The notes beneath the pieces were generated by a model that worked only from the letters and a program-made list of their open reading frames with translations, was not told where the DNA came from and searched no databases. Below are positions 1 through 8,011 of a DNA stretch of 13,782 nt, piece by piece. Made by a program: the position numbers and the translations under genes. The stretch is from Myxococcales bacterium (GTDB lineage: Bacteria > Myxococcota > Myxococcia > Myxococcales > Anaeromyxobacteraceae): NCBI GenBank assembly GCA_038320275.1, contig JBBQEB010000104.1, positions 1-13,782 of the forward strand. Direction: 5' to 3'. The stretch's first letter is position 1. The number at the start of each line of letters is the position of its first letter.

Positions 1-1
1 G

Positions 2-1108
2 GAGCGGCGACTCGCGCTGGAGTCGGCGCTCTTCGAGAGGCTGCGGATGCGCGTGCTGGCGGAGGCGGCCCGGCAGCGCACCGCGGCGCGCGCGCTCGCC
101 ACGGCCGACGCGCTCCTGTCCTTGGCGAGGGTGGCGGTGGAGCGGGGGTACGTGCGACCGGAGGTGGACGGCGGGGAGGCGCTCGAGATCGTCGATGGGC
201 GCCATCCGGTGGTGGAGGCCATGCTGCCCGCCGACTCGGCTGGCTTCGTGCCCAACGATGTCGCGCTGGCGTCGTCGGCGCGCGGCGCGGGCCACGAGCG
301 GGTCGGCGAGCCGCTGCCGCAGCTCCTCGTCATCACCGGCCCCAACATGGCAGGCAAGAGCACCGTGCTGCGACAGACCGCGCTCGTGGTGCTGCTGGCG
401 CAGATGGGGAGCTTCGTCCCGGCGCGGCGGGCGCGGGTGGGGCTGGTGGACCGCATCTTCACGCGGGTGGGCGCCTCCGACGACCTCGCCCGCGGTCGCT
501 CCACCTTCATGGTGGAGATGACCGAGACGGCCGCCATCCTGCACAATGCCACCCGCCGCTCCCTGGTGGTGCTGGACGAGATCGGCCGGGGGACCTCCAC
601 CTTCGACGGCCTCTCCATCGCCTGGGCGGTCGCCGAGCACCTGCACGACGCGGTGGGCTGCCGGACCCTCTTCGCGACGCACTACCACGAGCTGCAGGAC
701 CTGGCGCGGGAGCGCCCGCGGGCGCGGAATCTCACGGTGGCGGTGCGGGAGGTCGGCGACGCGATCGTCTTCCTGCGCAAGCTGGTCCACGGCGGCGCGT
801 CCCGGAGCTACGGCATCGAGGTGGCGAAGCTGGCGGGGCTTCCTGCGGAGGTGCTCGCCCGGGCGCGGGAGATCTTGCACAACCTCGAGGCGCTGGAGGT
901 GGACGAGGCGGGTCATGCGGCGCTGGCGCGGGGAGGGCGCCGCGCCGGGCGCCGCGCGGCGGAGGTACAGCTCGGGCTCTTCGCCACCCCGGCCGACCCG
1001 CGGCAGGAGGCCGTGCTGCGCGAGCTGGGCGCGCTCGACCTCGACGCCGTGCGCCCGCTCGACGCGCTCAACCTCCTCGCGGGGTGGAAGAAGCGGCTCG
1101 GCCCGTGA
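2..1108 (+). CDS. mutS: DNA mismatch repair protein MutS, C-terminal ATPase region (5' part lies outside the window)
   Basis: The frame is open from base 2 ([16 protein letters not shown]...). It carries GRHPVVE, Walker [36 protein letters not shown], Walker [36 protein letters not shown] and a clamp-binding-like QLGLF near the C-terminus. Confidence 0.98.
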   Translation, partial: ERRLALESALFERLRMRVLAEAARQRTAARALATADALLSLARVAVERGYVRPEVDGGEALEIVDGRHPVVEAMLPADSAGFVPNDVALASSARGAGHERVGEPLPQLLVITGPNMAGKSTVLRQTALVVLLAQMGSFVPARRARVGLVDRIFTRVGASDDLARGRSTFMVEMTETAAILHNATRRSLVVLDEIGRGTSTFDGLSIAWAVAEHLHDAVGCRTLFATHYHELQDLARERPRARNLTVAVREVGDAIVFLRKLVHGGASRSYGIEVAKLAGLPAEVLARAREILHNLEALEVDEAGHAALARGGRRAGRRAAEVQLGLFATPADPRQEAVLRELGALDLDAVRPLDALNLLAGWKKRLGP

Positions 1109-1164
1109 GGTGAGGCGCGGAGCGCGCCGGGCGGCATGCCGGCCGCGGAGGTCGCAAGGGCGCG

Positions 1165-1193
1165 CTGCAAGCTCGGCCGACGCTCTCTATATT
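1165..1193 (+). promoter_or_regulatory. Candidate sigma70-type promoter for the cupin gene
   Basis: CTGCAA (1165-1170), 17-bp spacer, TATATT (1188-1193). It sits in the only AT-rich patch of this intergenic region. Confidence 0.45.
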
Positions 1194-1332
1194 TAGCCTG
1201 AGAGTCCGGCTCGCGCGCGCGGAGGTGCGGAGACGGGTCTGCTCGAAAGCAGCAAGGCGAAGGGCTGGACACCACATCCTTCGGGGTGAGCGCGAGCGCT
1301 CGGCCGCGAAGGGCATGAATGCGGGAGAAGAC

Positions 1333-1761
1333 ATGAAGGATGCACTGGGGGGCGGGAACAAGACGGAGGGCACCGACGGGAGTCGGCACCTCGATGATGC
1401 GGTGCGGGAGTTCGACCTCGGGCGCGTAGCGCGGGAACTGCGCGAGGAAGAGGCGTGGCAGCGAGAGGGGCACAACGCGAGAACGTTGGTCAAGAACGAG
1501 AGCCTGCGCATCGTGCTCATCGACATGCATGTGAAGGGGCACCTCAAAGAGCACCAGACCGACTCCCGGATCTCGATCCAGGTCCTGACCGGGAAGATCT
1601 CGGTACGCCTCCCCGGCGCGACCCACGTCATCGAGGCCGGGAAGCTCCTTTCCATCGACCAGTCGATCGCTCACGACGTGGAGGCCCTCGAGCCCAGCAC
1701 GTTCCTCCTCACCCTCGCGCGAAGCGCTCGCGACGCCGAGACCGGCGCCGCATCGGGGTAA
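1333..1761 (+). CDS. Cupin-domain protein (142 aa; alternative ATG at 1315)
   Basis: GGAGAAG RBS before ATG 1333. The sequence ARTLVK...LRIVL...LKEH...ISIQVLTGKI...G.LL......HDVEALEPSTFLLTL is typical of small cupin-barrel proteins. Confidence 0.85.
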   Translation: MKDALGGGNKTEGTDGSRHLDDAVREFDLGRVARELREEEAWQREGHNARTLVKNESLRIVLIDMHVKGHLKEHQTDSRISIQVLTGKISVRLPGATHVIEAGKLLSIDQSIAHDVEALEPSTFLLTLARSARDAETGAASG

Positions 1762-1941
1762 CGCCTCGCGAGTGAGGCATCCCGGTGGACGACGCGACCC
1801 GGTCATCTGCGAGGGCGCGCAGATCGACCGGGAGACACAGCGCCTCCCTGGGTGACCCCCGGGAGTGCGCGTGCTCGCTCTGGCAGCGGCCCGACAGCGT
1901 CATCCAGGAGCGGCGAAAGCGCGAGGTTGGCCGACCACCGG

Positions 1942-3381
1942 TCAGTGGGGACCGGCGCTCGGCCCGCCCGCCACATCGGGGACGATCCTCCGTCCGACCT
2001 CTTCACCGCCCGGCGAGGGGCGGTCGATCGACTGCGGGAGCTCGATCCAGAACACCGAGCCTGAGCCATCGCTCACGGCGGACCGGACCCCGACCCGCCC
2101 GCCATGCGCCTCGCACAGACGCTTCACGGTCGCGAGGCCCAGACCCAGGCCCTCTTTCCCGCGGGTGGGTCCCTCGCACGTAGGGGAGGAAGATCGCGTC
2201 CTCGCTTTCCGGCGGAATGCCCGGCCCCGTGTCCTCGACCTCCACGTGCACGACGCAATCGTGGACGGCCGCCCGGAGAGTGATTCGCCGGACTCCCGTG
2301 TCCCCCATGTACTTCATCGCGTTCTGCGTCAGGTTCGAGACGATGCTCGTGAGGACGCCAGCGTCGCACCGGACCCATGAGGGAGGGATGCCATCGACGC
2401 GCAGATCGATCCCAGCGCCCTCTGCCGCGGGTCTGATGCCGGCCGCGACGTCCTCGATCACGGCTGCGACATCGACGCTCGCATGGGGCTCGGGCTTCGC
2501 GCCGGCGCGTGCGAACTGGAGCAGCCCACCGACGATGCTTCGTATCCGCAGCAAGCTGCGCTGTGCGCGCGCGAGGAGCTCCCGCGCCCGCGCGTCTTCG
2601 ATGTCGCGCTTCTGGGCGAGGTCCAGCGACATCTGCACGGCCGCGACCGGGTTGAGGATGTCGTGGGCCGCGCGCGCCGCGAACATCTCGAGCTCGCGCG
2701 CTTTCGACTCCTCGAGGGCCGCGTGCTCCTCGGCGAGGGCGCCGAAGCGGCGCACACCACGCTGGGTCACGAATCCTGCGAGGATGGTGACGACCACGCA
2801 GCACGAGGTCAGCAGGTAGCCGATCCAGGTGGCGTCATGCCGGATCGACTTGATACGCAGGGCGAGGTCTCGGCCGTTCCGTGCATTGAATCGATCGCCT
2901 CCGAGCTGATCCTGGCGACGCGATCAGCGGCGGCCGCGACGGCGGGTAGGTCCGACCGCGCCGTCTGGAGGGATCCCGCGTCGAGCTGGGCGAGCGTGCG
3001 GTGAACGGTGCCGTCGAACCCGGCGATGGACTCGTTGAGCTCGCGCCAGAGGTCTTTCTCGCCGGGAAAGGTCCGCAGGAGGAGGTACGCGTTGGCCTCG
3101 TCCGCGAGGTGTGCGAGCGCCGGTGCCACAGCGGCACGATTCTTCGGCGTCCCCGAAGAAACGGCAGCATCGAGCAGAAACTCAGCGTGACGAACGGTGG
3201 TGCGAACTCCGGACAGCCGCTGGATGCTCGGCGCGGAGTTGAAGGCGATGTCGTCCGAGGCGGCATCGATCTGGGCCATCGCGCGCTGCGTGAAGATGTT
3301 GGCGGCGAAGAACGTCAGCGCGACGGCGACGAACGTTCCCATCATGAAGGGTACTTCGAGGCGCGAAGAAGTGTCGTGCAA
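1942..3381 (-). pseudogene. Membrane sensor histidine kinase split by two frameshifts (pseudogene or sequencing indels); ~479 aa if restored
   Basis: TTG start at 3381 with GAGG upstream. ORF 2809..3381 gives TM1 and a helical periplasmic domain. A shift at ~2890 gives FNARNGRDLALRIKSIRHDATWIGYLL (TM2), the H-box ELEMFAARAAHDILNP, N-box NLTQNAMKY and G1 VEDTGPGIP. A shift at ~2172 gives G2 GLGLGLATVKRLCEAHGG...GSVFWIELP, ending at the stop at 1942. Confidence 0.88.
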
Positions 3382-3561
3382 CGTCTACCTCGGATGCAGT
3401 CTCGCAACGTCCAAGCCGGCGACCGGCTCGCGAACGAGCGGCGTCTCGCTCCGGGTCGAGCGTGCACCACGAGCGCGGCGGACGACATGCCTCCCGCGCG
3501 TGTCGGGTGGCGCGGATGGGCTCTGGTCGATCCGTGGCCGGGTCGGGCGCAACACTCCAAG

Positions 3562-3605
3562 AGAATAGTTAGGACGCCTAACTTGAACAAGGCCCCGAGC
3601 ATGTC
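3562..3605 (-). promoter_or_regulatory. Leftward sigma70-like promoter with palindromic operator (copy A of a duplicated element)
   Basis: Minus strand reads TTGTTC (3590-3585), 17 bp, TATTCT (3567-3562). The spacer holds the inverted repeat AGTTAGG-acg-CCTAACT (3567-3583). Bases 3587-3605 are identical to 7929-7947. Confidence 0.7.
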
Positions 3606-5065
3606 GCCCCCGTCTCCGGGAGTCGATGGGACGATCCCTGCGGCGCCGGAGTGGACTCGATGGCGATCCGCTCGGGCTCGACCCTGCGGCCATCGAGAAG
3701 ATGAAGGCGCCCGTCTTGGTGCGGGTGATGGACGCCCTCGCGCACGACGCGCCCAAGGAGGACCTCGCCGCGGCAGTGCGCCGCTTCAACGAGGGCATGA
3801 CGCAGGCGCTCTCGCCCAAGGCGCGCGCGGTGGCGGAGGCGCGCTCCATGACGCCCGGAACGGTGGAGGCCATCGGCAGGCTCCTCGCCGGCGAGGGCGA
3901 CGCCACCCTGCGCGAGGTGATGCGGGACCGGCCGGAGGGGCTCATCGAGGCGCTCCGTCGCGACGGCATCATCAACGCCCAGAACCAGAGCTCGTGGCTC
4001 GCCGGCGGCCGGCTCACCGAAGAGGCGAAGGACCGGGTCGAGGGGATGTTCCTCGGTCGCGTGCTCGGCTCAGGGGACCGGATGGCGGCGACCTCGCCGG
4101 CGGTGCTGTCGAAGATCGAGCGCATCGCGCCCGAGCTGGTGCGCGTGGAGGGCGTGAACCCGGAGATGAATGAGGTGCCCACCGTCCAGGCTGCGATCGA
4201 CGTGATGAATGACGCCAAGCGGCGCGGGTTGACGGTGGAAGACCTCAACGCGCAGACCGGGCTCTTCGGCGGCGACCGGGTGCCGGCTGACGTGGCTGCG
4301 CTCGCGGGGCTCATCGAGACGGCGAAGCCAAAGGAGCTGCAGGCCCGGTTCAAGGCCTGGGCCGAGCTCGCGGCGCACGACCCGCGCCAGGCGACGATGT
4401 TCGCGCCGAACGCGACGCGGGAGGAGGCCCGGGCGGCTCTGCTGGAGGGGAAGGTTTCGGTGCCGGAGCGTGAGGCGTGGGCGCGCGAGCAGGCTTCGGC
4501 TGAGCTGGCCGCGAACCCGGAGCTGCTGCGCGCGGCGCAGCGGTCGAGGCTGGAGCAGCCCTCGCGGCTCGTGGAGATGGGGCCGGTCGAGCTCGACCCC
4601 GAGACGTCTATCCCGGCGCACGGCATCGAGCGCTCGGCCGAGCCGCTCACGCGCGAGAAGGTCGTCGAGGCGCTCAAGCAGCGGAGGGACGAAGAGGCGG
4701 CTCGGCGTGGCATCAAGCCGGGGAAGGGCGAGCAGGCCTGGGTGATCCGCAACGCGGACACCGGGTGGAACGTCGGCATCGGAACGGACGGCATCGCCGA
4801 GATGACCGCCAGTGGCGAGCACGAGGCGAACCTGCTGTCCGCCCTGAATATCGAGCCCCTCCTCGAGCGCGCGGTGCGGTCCGAAGCCCAGGAGCGGAAG
4901 CCGCACGAGGGGGAGGCGGAGCCGGACAAGAACATCCTCGCCTTCCACACGTTCTACGCGCCGGCCGTCATGGACGGCGTCCTCTACCGCGTGAAGATGC
5001 AGGTGAAGGAGACGCAGCACGGGAGAGGCTCCCATCTGCATCAGTATTCCGTGACGGCGCTGGAG

Positions 5066-5155
5066 GTGAAAGAGAGCCCGGCTCCCGGCGGTGGCCGCGG
5101 TGGCGTCGGTGAGGACACCAGGCAAGGCGCCTCGGGTCCGGTTGAGCCAGGCTCG
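5066..5155 (-). ncRNA. Candidate antisense hairpin sRNA 1 embedded in the phage ORF
   Basis: An 11-bp terminal stem pairs GAGCCUGGCUC with GAGCCGGGCUC (5154-5144 with 5084-5074). Its one imperfection is a U-G wobble only on the minus strand. Inner stems are CCGG/CCGG and GGUG-UCCU-CACC, followed by a UCUUUC tail. The stem begins 7 nt after a -10 box. Confidence 0.55.
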
Positions 5156-5161
5156 CCCATC

Positions 5162-5190
5162 AAGCTATCCCGTCTGCTGGCAGGCGCCAA
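5162..5190 (-). promoter_or_regulatory. Antisense sigma70-like promoter for candidate sRNA 1
   Basis: Minus strand reads TTGGCG (5190-5185), 17 bp, TAGCTT (5167-5162). Confidence 0.55.
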
Positions 5191-5340
5191 GCGGGAGGGT
5201 GGGGGCGAGTTCCTGTGGAGGCAGCGCTTCGAGCAGGGCGAGCGCCCGCCGCTCCCGGTGGAGCGCCGCGCGGACCAGTGGGGCGGTGGCGAGCGCGCCG
5301 TCTACACGAGGCCCGACGGCATCGAGATCCACGTCTCGCT

Positions 5341-5417
5341 GGAAATGAAACGCCCGGCGTTTCTAGACGACCGCGCCCCGGGACTAGGCCGGGGTGGCAA
5401 GCCGCTTACGCCGGGCA
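5341..5417 (-). ncRNA. Candidate antisense hairpin sRNA 2 embedded in the phage ORF
   Basis: A perfect 9-bp terminal stem pairs GCCCGGCGU with ACGCCGGGC (5416-5408 with 5360-5352). The middle stem GCGGCU/GGUCGU pairs via G-U only on the minus strand. The apical stem is CCCCGG-CCUAGUC-CCGGGG, followed by a GUUUCAUUUCC tail. The stem begins 6 nt after a -10 box. Confidence 0.6.
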
Positions 5418-5422
5418 GCACA

Positions 5423-5451
5423 AGCGTAAGGGACCTGCTCCGCGGACTCAA
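5423..5451 (-). promoter_or_regulatory. Antisense sigma70-like promoter for candidate sRNA 2
   Basis: Minus strand reads TTGAGT (5451-5446), 17 bp, TACGCT (5428-5423). Confidence 0.6.
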
Positions 5452-6776
5452 GCGCCGGAACAAGGAGCCATTCTTTCCGGAAGATTTCCCGGGGGATGCG
5501 CGTCACCTCGAGCAGGGCGGGCGGGCGCGCGAGCCCCTCCTGCAAGATGGCCCTGTGACCGGCAATCTGGTGCTCGAGTCGAAGGGCCGCCGGGACACCG
5601 GCCCGCGGGGCTACATGGAGTTCCAGGCCGTGCCCGCGGGCGAGCCGGTCCGCATCGACGTCCACCTCCTGCGCACCGCGGACAAGAGCACCCTCGCCCA
5701 CGAGCTCTTCCACGCCTTCTCGGTGGTGCTGGGCCAGGTGGCGACGCGCGAGGACGCCTCCCCGGAGGTCCGGGCGCAGTACCAGGGCCTGCTCGCCCTC
5801 ATGGGCTACGGCTCGCACGAGGAGCGCCTCTCCGCGCCGGACCGCGCCAAGGAGGAGAAGGCCTCGCACCTCTGGGAAATGTACCTCTCGGAAGGGAAAG
5901 CCCCGACGGCCGCGCTCGAGGGCGCCTTCACCCGCATGAAGCGCTGGCTCGTGCACAGCTACGGCGACTGGAAGGGCATCTCGAAGCAGTACGAGCAGGC
6001 CTACGGCCAGAAGCTCGAGCTCTCGGACGACGCGCGAGCGCTCTTCGACCGGCTCCTCGGTTCGGACCAGGCGGCAGAGGAAGCCGCGGTGGCGCACGAG
6101 CAGCGCCTTTTCACCCCGCTCTCGGCGCAGGAGCAAGTCCAAGACCGGGAGCTCTCGGCGGCGGGCCGCGCCGCGAGCTCGGACGAGATCCTCCGGGCCG
6201 CCGCTGCGGACGACGCCACCGAGCGCCGCCGCATTGCGCGCGAGGAAGGCCCGCGTCTTCGGGCCGAGGCGGAGGACGCCCTCAACCAGGACCCCGACAT
6301 GCGCGCGGTGGGGTTCCTTCAGACGGGCGAGATCCGGGGACATTCGCGCGAGGTGCTCGAGGCGGCCGGGCTCATCGACTCGGACGGGCGCCCGGTGAAG
6401 CTGTCCCGGGAGGACGCGCTCGCCGAGCTCGGCGCCGCCGGGGTCCGGGCGCTCCCTGCGGGCATCCTCGACCGCAAGGGCCACGGGCTCAAGGCGGACG
6501 ACCTCGCGGCCCGGCTCGGCTACGAGGACGGGCGCGCGCTGCTGCGCCAGCTCGCGGGCAAGGACTTCGACCGGGCGGCGCAGGACCTCGTCCGCCAGAA
6601 GCTCGAGGAGCGGTTCGGACCGGCGCTGCTCGACGACCCGGACCGGCTCCGCGACGTGGCGGCCGGGGCCTTCTCGAACGAGCCGGAGCTGAAGCGCATC
6701 TTCCTGCGGCTGGGGGCCATCGCGCGCGAGCTCGGGCCGTCGCTCGCCCGGCGCCTCGCCAGGCGGCCAGCGCGGG

Positions 6777-7139
6777 CTAAGGCACGCGACGCGCGAGCAC
6801 GTCGCGCAGCACGACCGCGCCGTTGTGCTCCTCGTCCCGTGCTCCGTAGACGAGCGTCATCGTCCCGACGACCGAGCGATGCGTCAGGTCCGCAAGCAGC
6901 GCCCGCGCCGGGCCGGCGCGGAGCTCCGCCCTGTAGCGTCGCGCGAACTCGCGGAACCGCTCGGGATCGTGGCCGAACCAGCGGCGCAGCTCAGGGCTCG
7001 GCGCGAGGTCCTTCGCCCACGCATCGAGCTCGAGCGCCTGCTTCCTCACGCCGCGCGGCCAGAGGCGATCGACGAGCACGCGGTACCCGTCGGTGCGCCC
7101 CGGCTTCTCGTAGGCTCGCTTGATCCGGACCATCGCCAT
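6777..7139 (-). CDS. DUF488 / YeaO-family protein (120 aa)
   Basis: Characteristic sequence VRIKRAYE...DGYRVLVDRLWPRGVRK...WAKDLAPSPELRRWFGHDPERF.EF..RY..EL...TLVYGARDEEHNGAVVL, with GAGG upstream of ATG 7139. Confidence 0.93.
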   Translation of the reverse strand: MAMVRIKRAYEKPGRTDGYRVLVDRLWPRGVRKQALELDAWAKDLAPSPELRRWFGHDPERFREFARRYRAELRAGPARALLADLTHRSVVGTMTLVYGARDEEHNGAVVLRDVLARRVP

Positions 7140-7236
7140 GTCGTGCCTCGAGCCTGGTGCCGTCGCGTCGGGCGACCCTTCGATCCCGCGGCGAGCGCTT
7201 CTCGGCAATCGCGCGAGGTCGTGGCCCCGGAGGCGC

Positions 7237-7896
7237 TCAGCCGGCGCGCACGAACCTCCCCCACGTTTCCTCGCGCTGTGCCTCGGATGCCTCCGCCTGC
7301 TCTGGGCAATCGAGGCGCAGGTCCCCGTCCGCGAGCGGCGCATCGATCGAGTCGCAGTGGTGCGGCAGCGGGCCGTCGTGGGTCCGGGGCCGGAAGTGCA
7401 CGCAGGTCACGCACATGCGGCTCGCCGGGATCTGGCGGTTCTCCTGGAGGGCGCGAATCACCTTCACGAGCGCGCCGAGGAATGCCTGCTGCTCGCCCGT
7501 CGGCAGGCTGGCGACCGCCGGCACGAGGAACTCGGACCAGGCACGCACCTTCGCGGCGCGCTTTCTCCCCGCGCCGGTGAGCTCGATCAGGCTCGCGCGC
7601 GGGTGGCGCACGTCCTGCCGTTTCGACGCCAACCCCTTCTCCACGAGCACGCGCGCCGAGTCGCTGATGGTCGGCAGCGTCACGCCGATTCGCCGGCCCA
7701 GCTCCGTCGCGGTGAGCGGTCCATCGGTCGCCAGCGCAGAGAGGATCTGGCCCTGGGTCGGGGACAGACTCAGCTCGCTGGCCGCAAGCCAGGTCTGGTA
7801 CCTGAGCACGAGGCCGATCTTGTGGAGCCCCGTCGCGATCCGCCGCTCGAGAGTCTCCGAGCTCGGATCGACCATCAGAAGTCTCGAGCGGGGCAT
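7237..7896 (-). CDS. MarR-family winged-helix regulator with C-terminal Cys-rich extension (start 7896, possibly leaderless; alternative 7875)
   Basis: LSPTQGQIL...TATELGRRIGVTLPTISDSARVLVEKGL......D.RASLIELTGAGR is a MarR winged HTH. The C-terminus MCVTCVHF...HHC...LRLDCPE contains four Cys. Confidence 0.92.
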   Translation of the reverse strand: MPRSRLLMVDPSSETLERRIATGLHKIGLVLRYQTWLAASELSLSPTQGQILSALATDGPLTATELGRRIGVTLPTISDSARVLVEKGLASKRQDVRHPRASLIELTGAGRKRAAKVRAWSEFLVPAVASLPTGEQQAFLGALVKVIRALQENRQIPASRMCVTCVHFRPRTHDGPLPHHCDSIDAPLADGDLRLDCPEQAEASEAQREETWGRFVRAG

Positions 7897-7902
7897 CCCT
7901 TG

Positions 7903-7947
7903 AACGTACTTAGGAGTCCTAAAGATGTACAAGGCCCCGAGCATGTC
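7903..7947 (-). promoter_or_regulatory. marR promoter with palindromic operator (copy B of the duplicated element)
   Basis: Minus strand reads TTGTAC (7932-7927), 18 bp, TACGTT (7908-7903). The spacer holds the palindrome TTAGGA-g-TCCTAA (7910-7922). The ATG at 7896 lies at the expected +1. Confidence 0.75.
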
Positions 7948-8011
7948 TCCTGTCGAGGGCCGCGCGATCTCATCCATCGCCTGAGTCGGCGGCTACGGTA
8001 CGGGAGAGTCC

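Larger units (their letters stand above)
5229..5523 (+). repeat. Direct repeat TCGAGCAGGGCG(A/G)GCG bounding an in-frame 279-bp module
   Basis: 5229-5244 and 5508-5523 are 15/16 identical and 279 bp (93 codons) apart. They encode FEQGER and LEQGGR. Confidence 0.6.
3626..7123 (+). pseudogene. Fragment of a phage/MGE large polyvalent (DdrB-like or internal virion) protein; the protein-like part spans ~3670-6770
   Basis: It starts mid-domain with LGLDPAAIEKMKAPVLVRV...N...S...A, resembling the C-terminal half of a ddrB-like ParB domain. An LPD3-like domain (NADTGWNVGI...HTFYAPAVMDGVLYRVKMQVKE) spans ~4745-5070. A zincin-like motif ADKSTLAHELFH...EE...WEMYLSEGKAPT...FTRMKRWL spans ~5680-5950. 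After ~6770 the translation is R/A-rich antisense read-through of DUF488. Confidence 0.75.

Noticed and set aside
1762..1941. GC hairpins between the convergent cupin and kinase genes
   Set aside because: They are imperfect and lack U-tracts, so a terminator call cannot be supported.
3342..3602. Minus ORF containing MSSAALVVHARPGARR, faintly like a DUF167 N-terminus
   Set aside because: The similarity covers only ~10 residues, the GGGAGG abuts the ATG, and the ORF overlaps the kinase start.
3587..7947. 19-bp direct repeat as prophage attL/attR
   Set aside because: There is no integrase or tRNA target, and the repeat is part of a promoter-operator. Duplication of a regulatory region explains it better.
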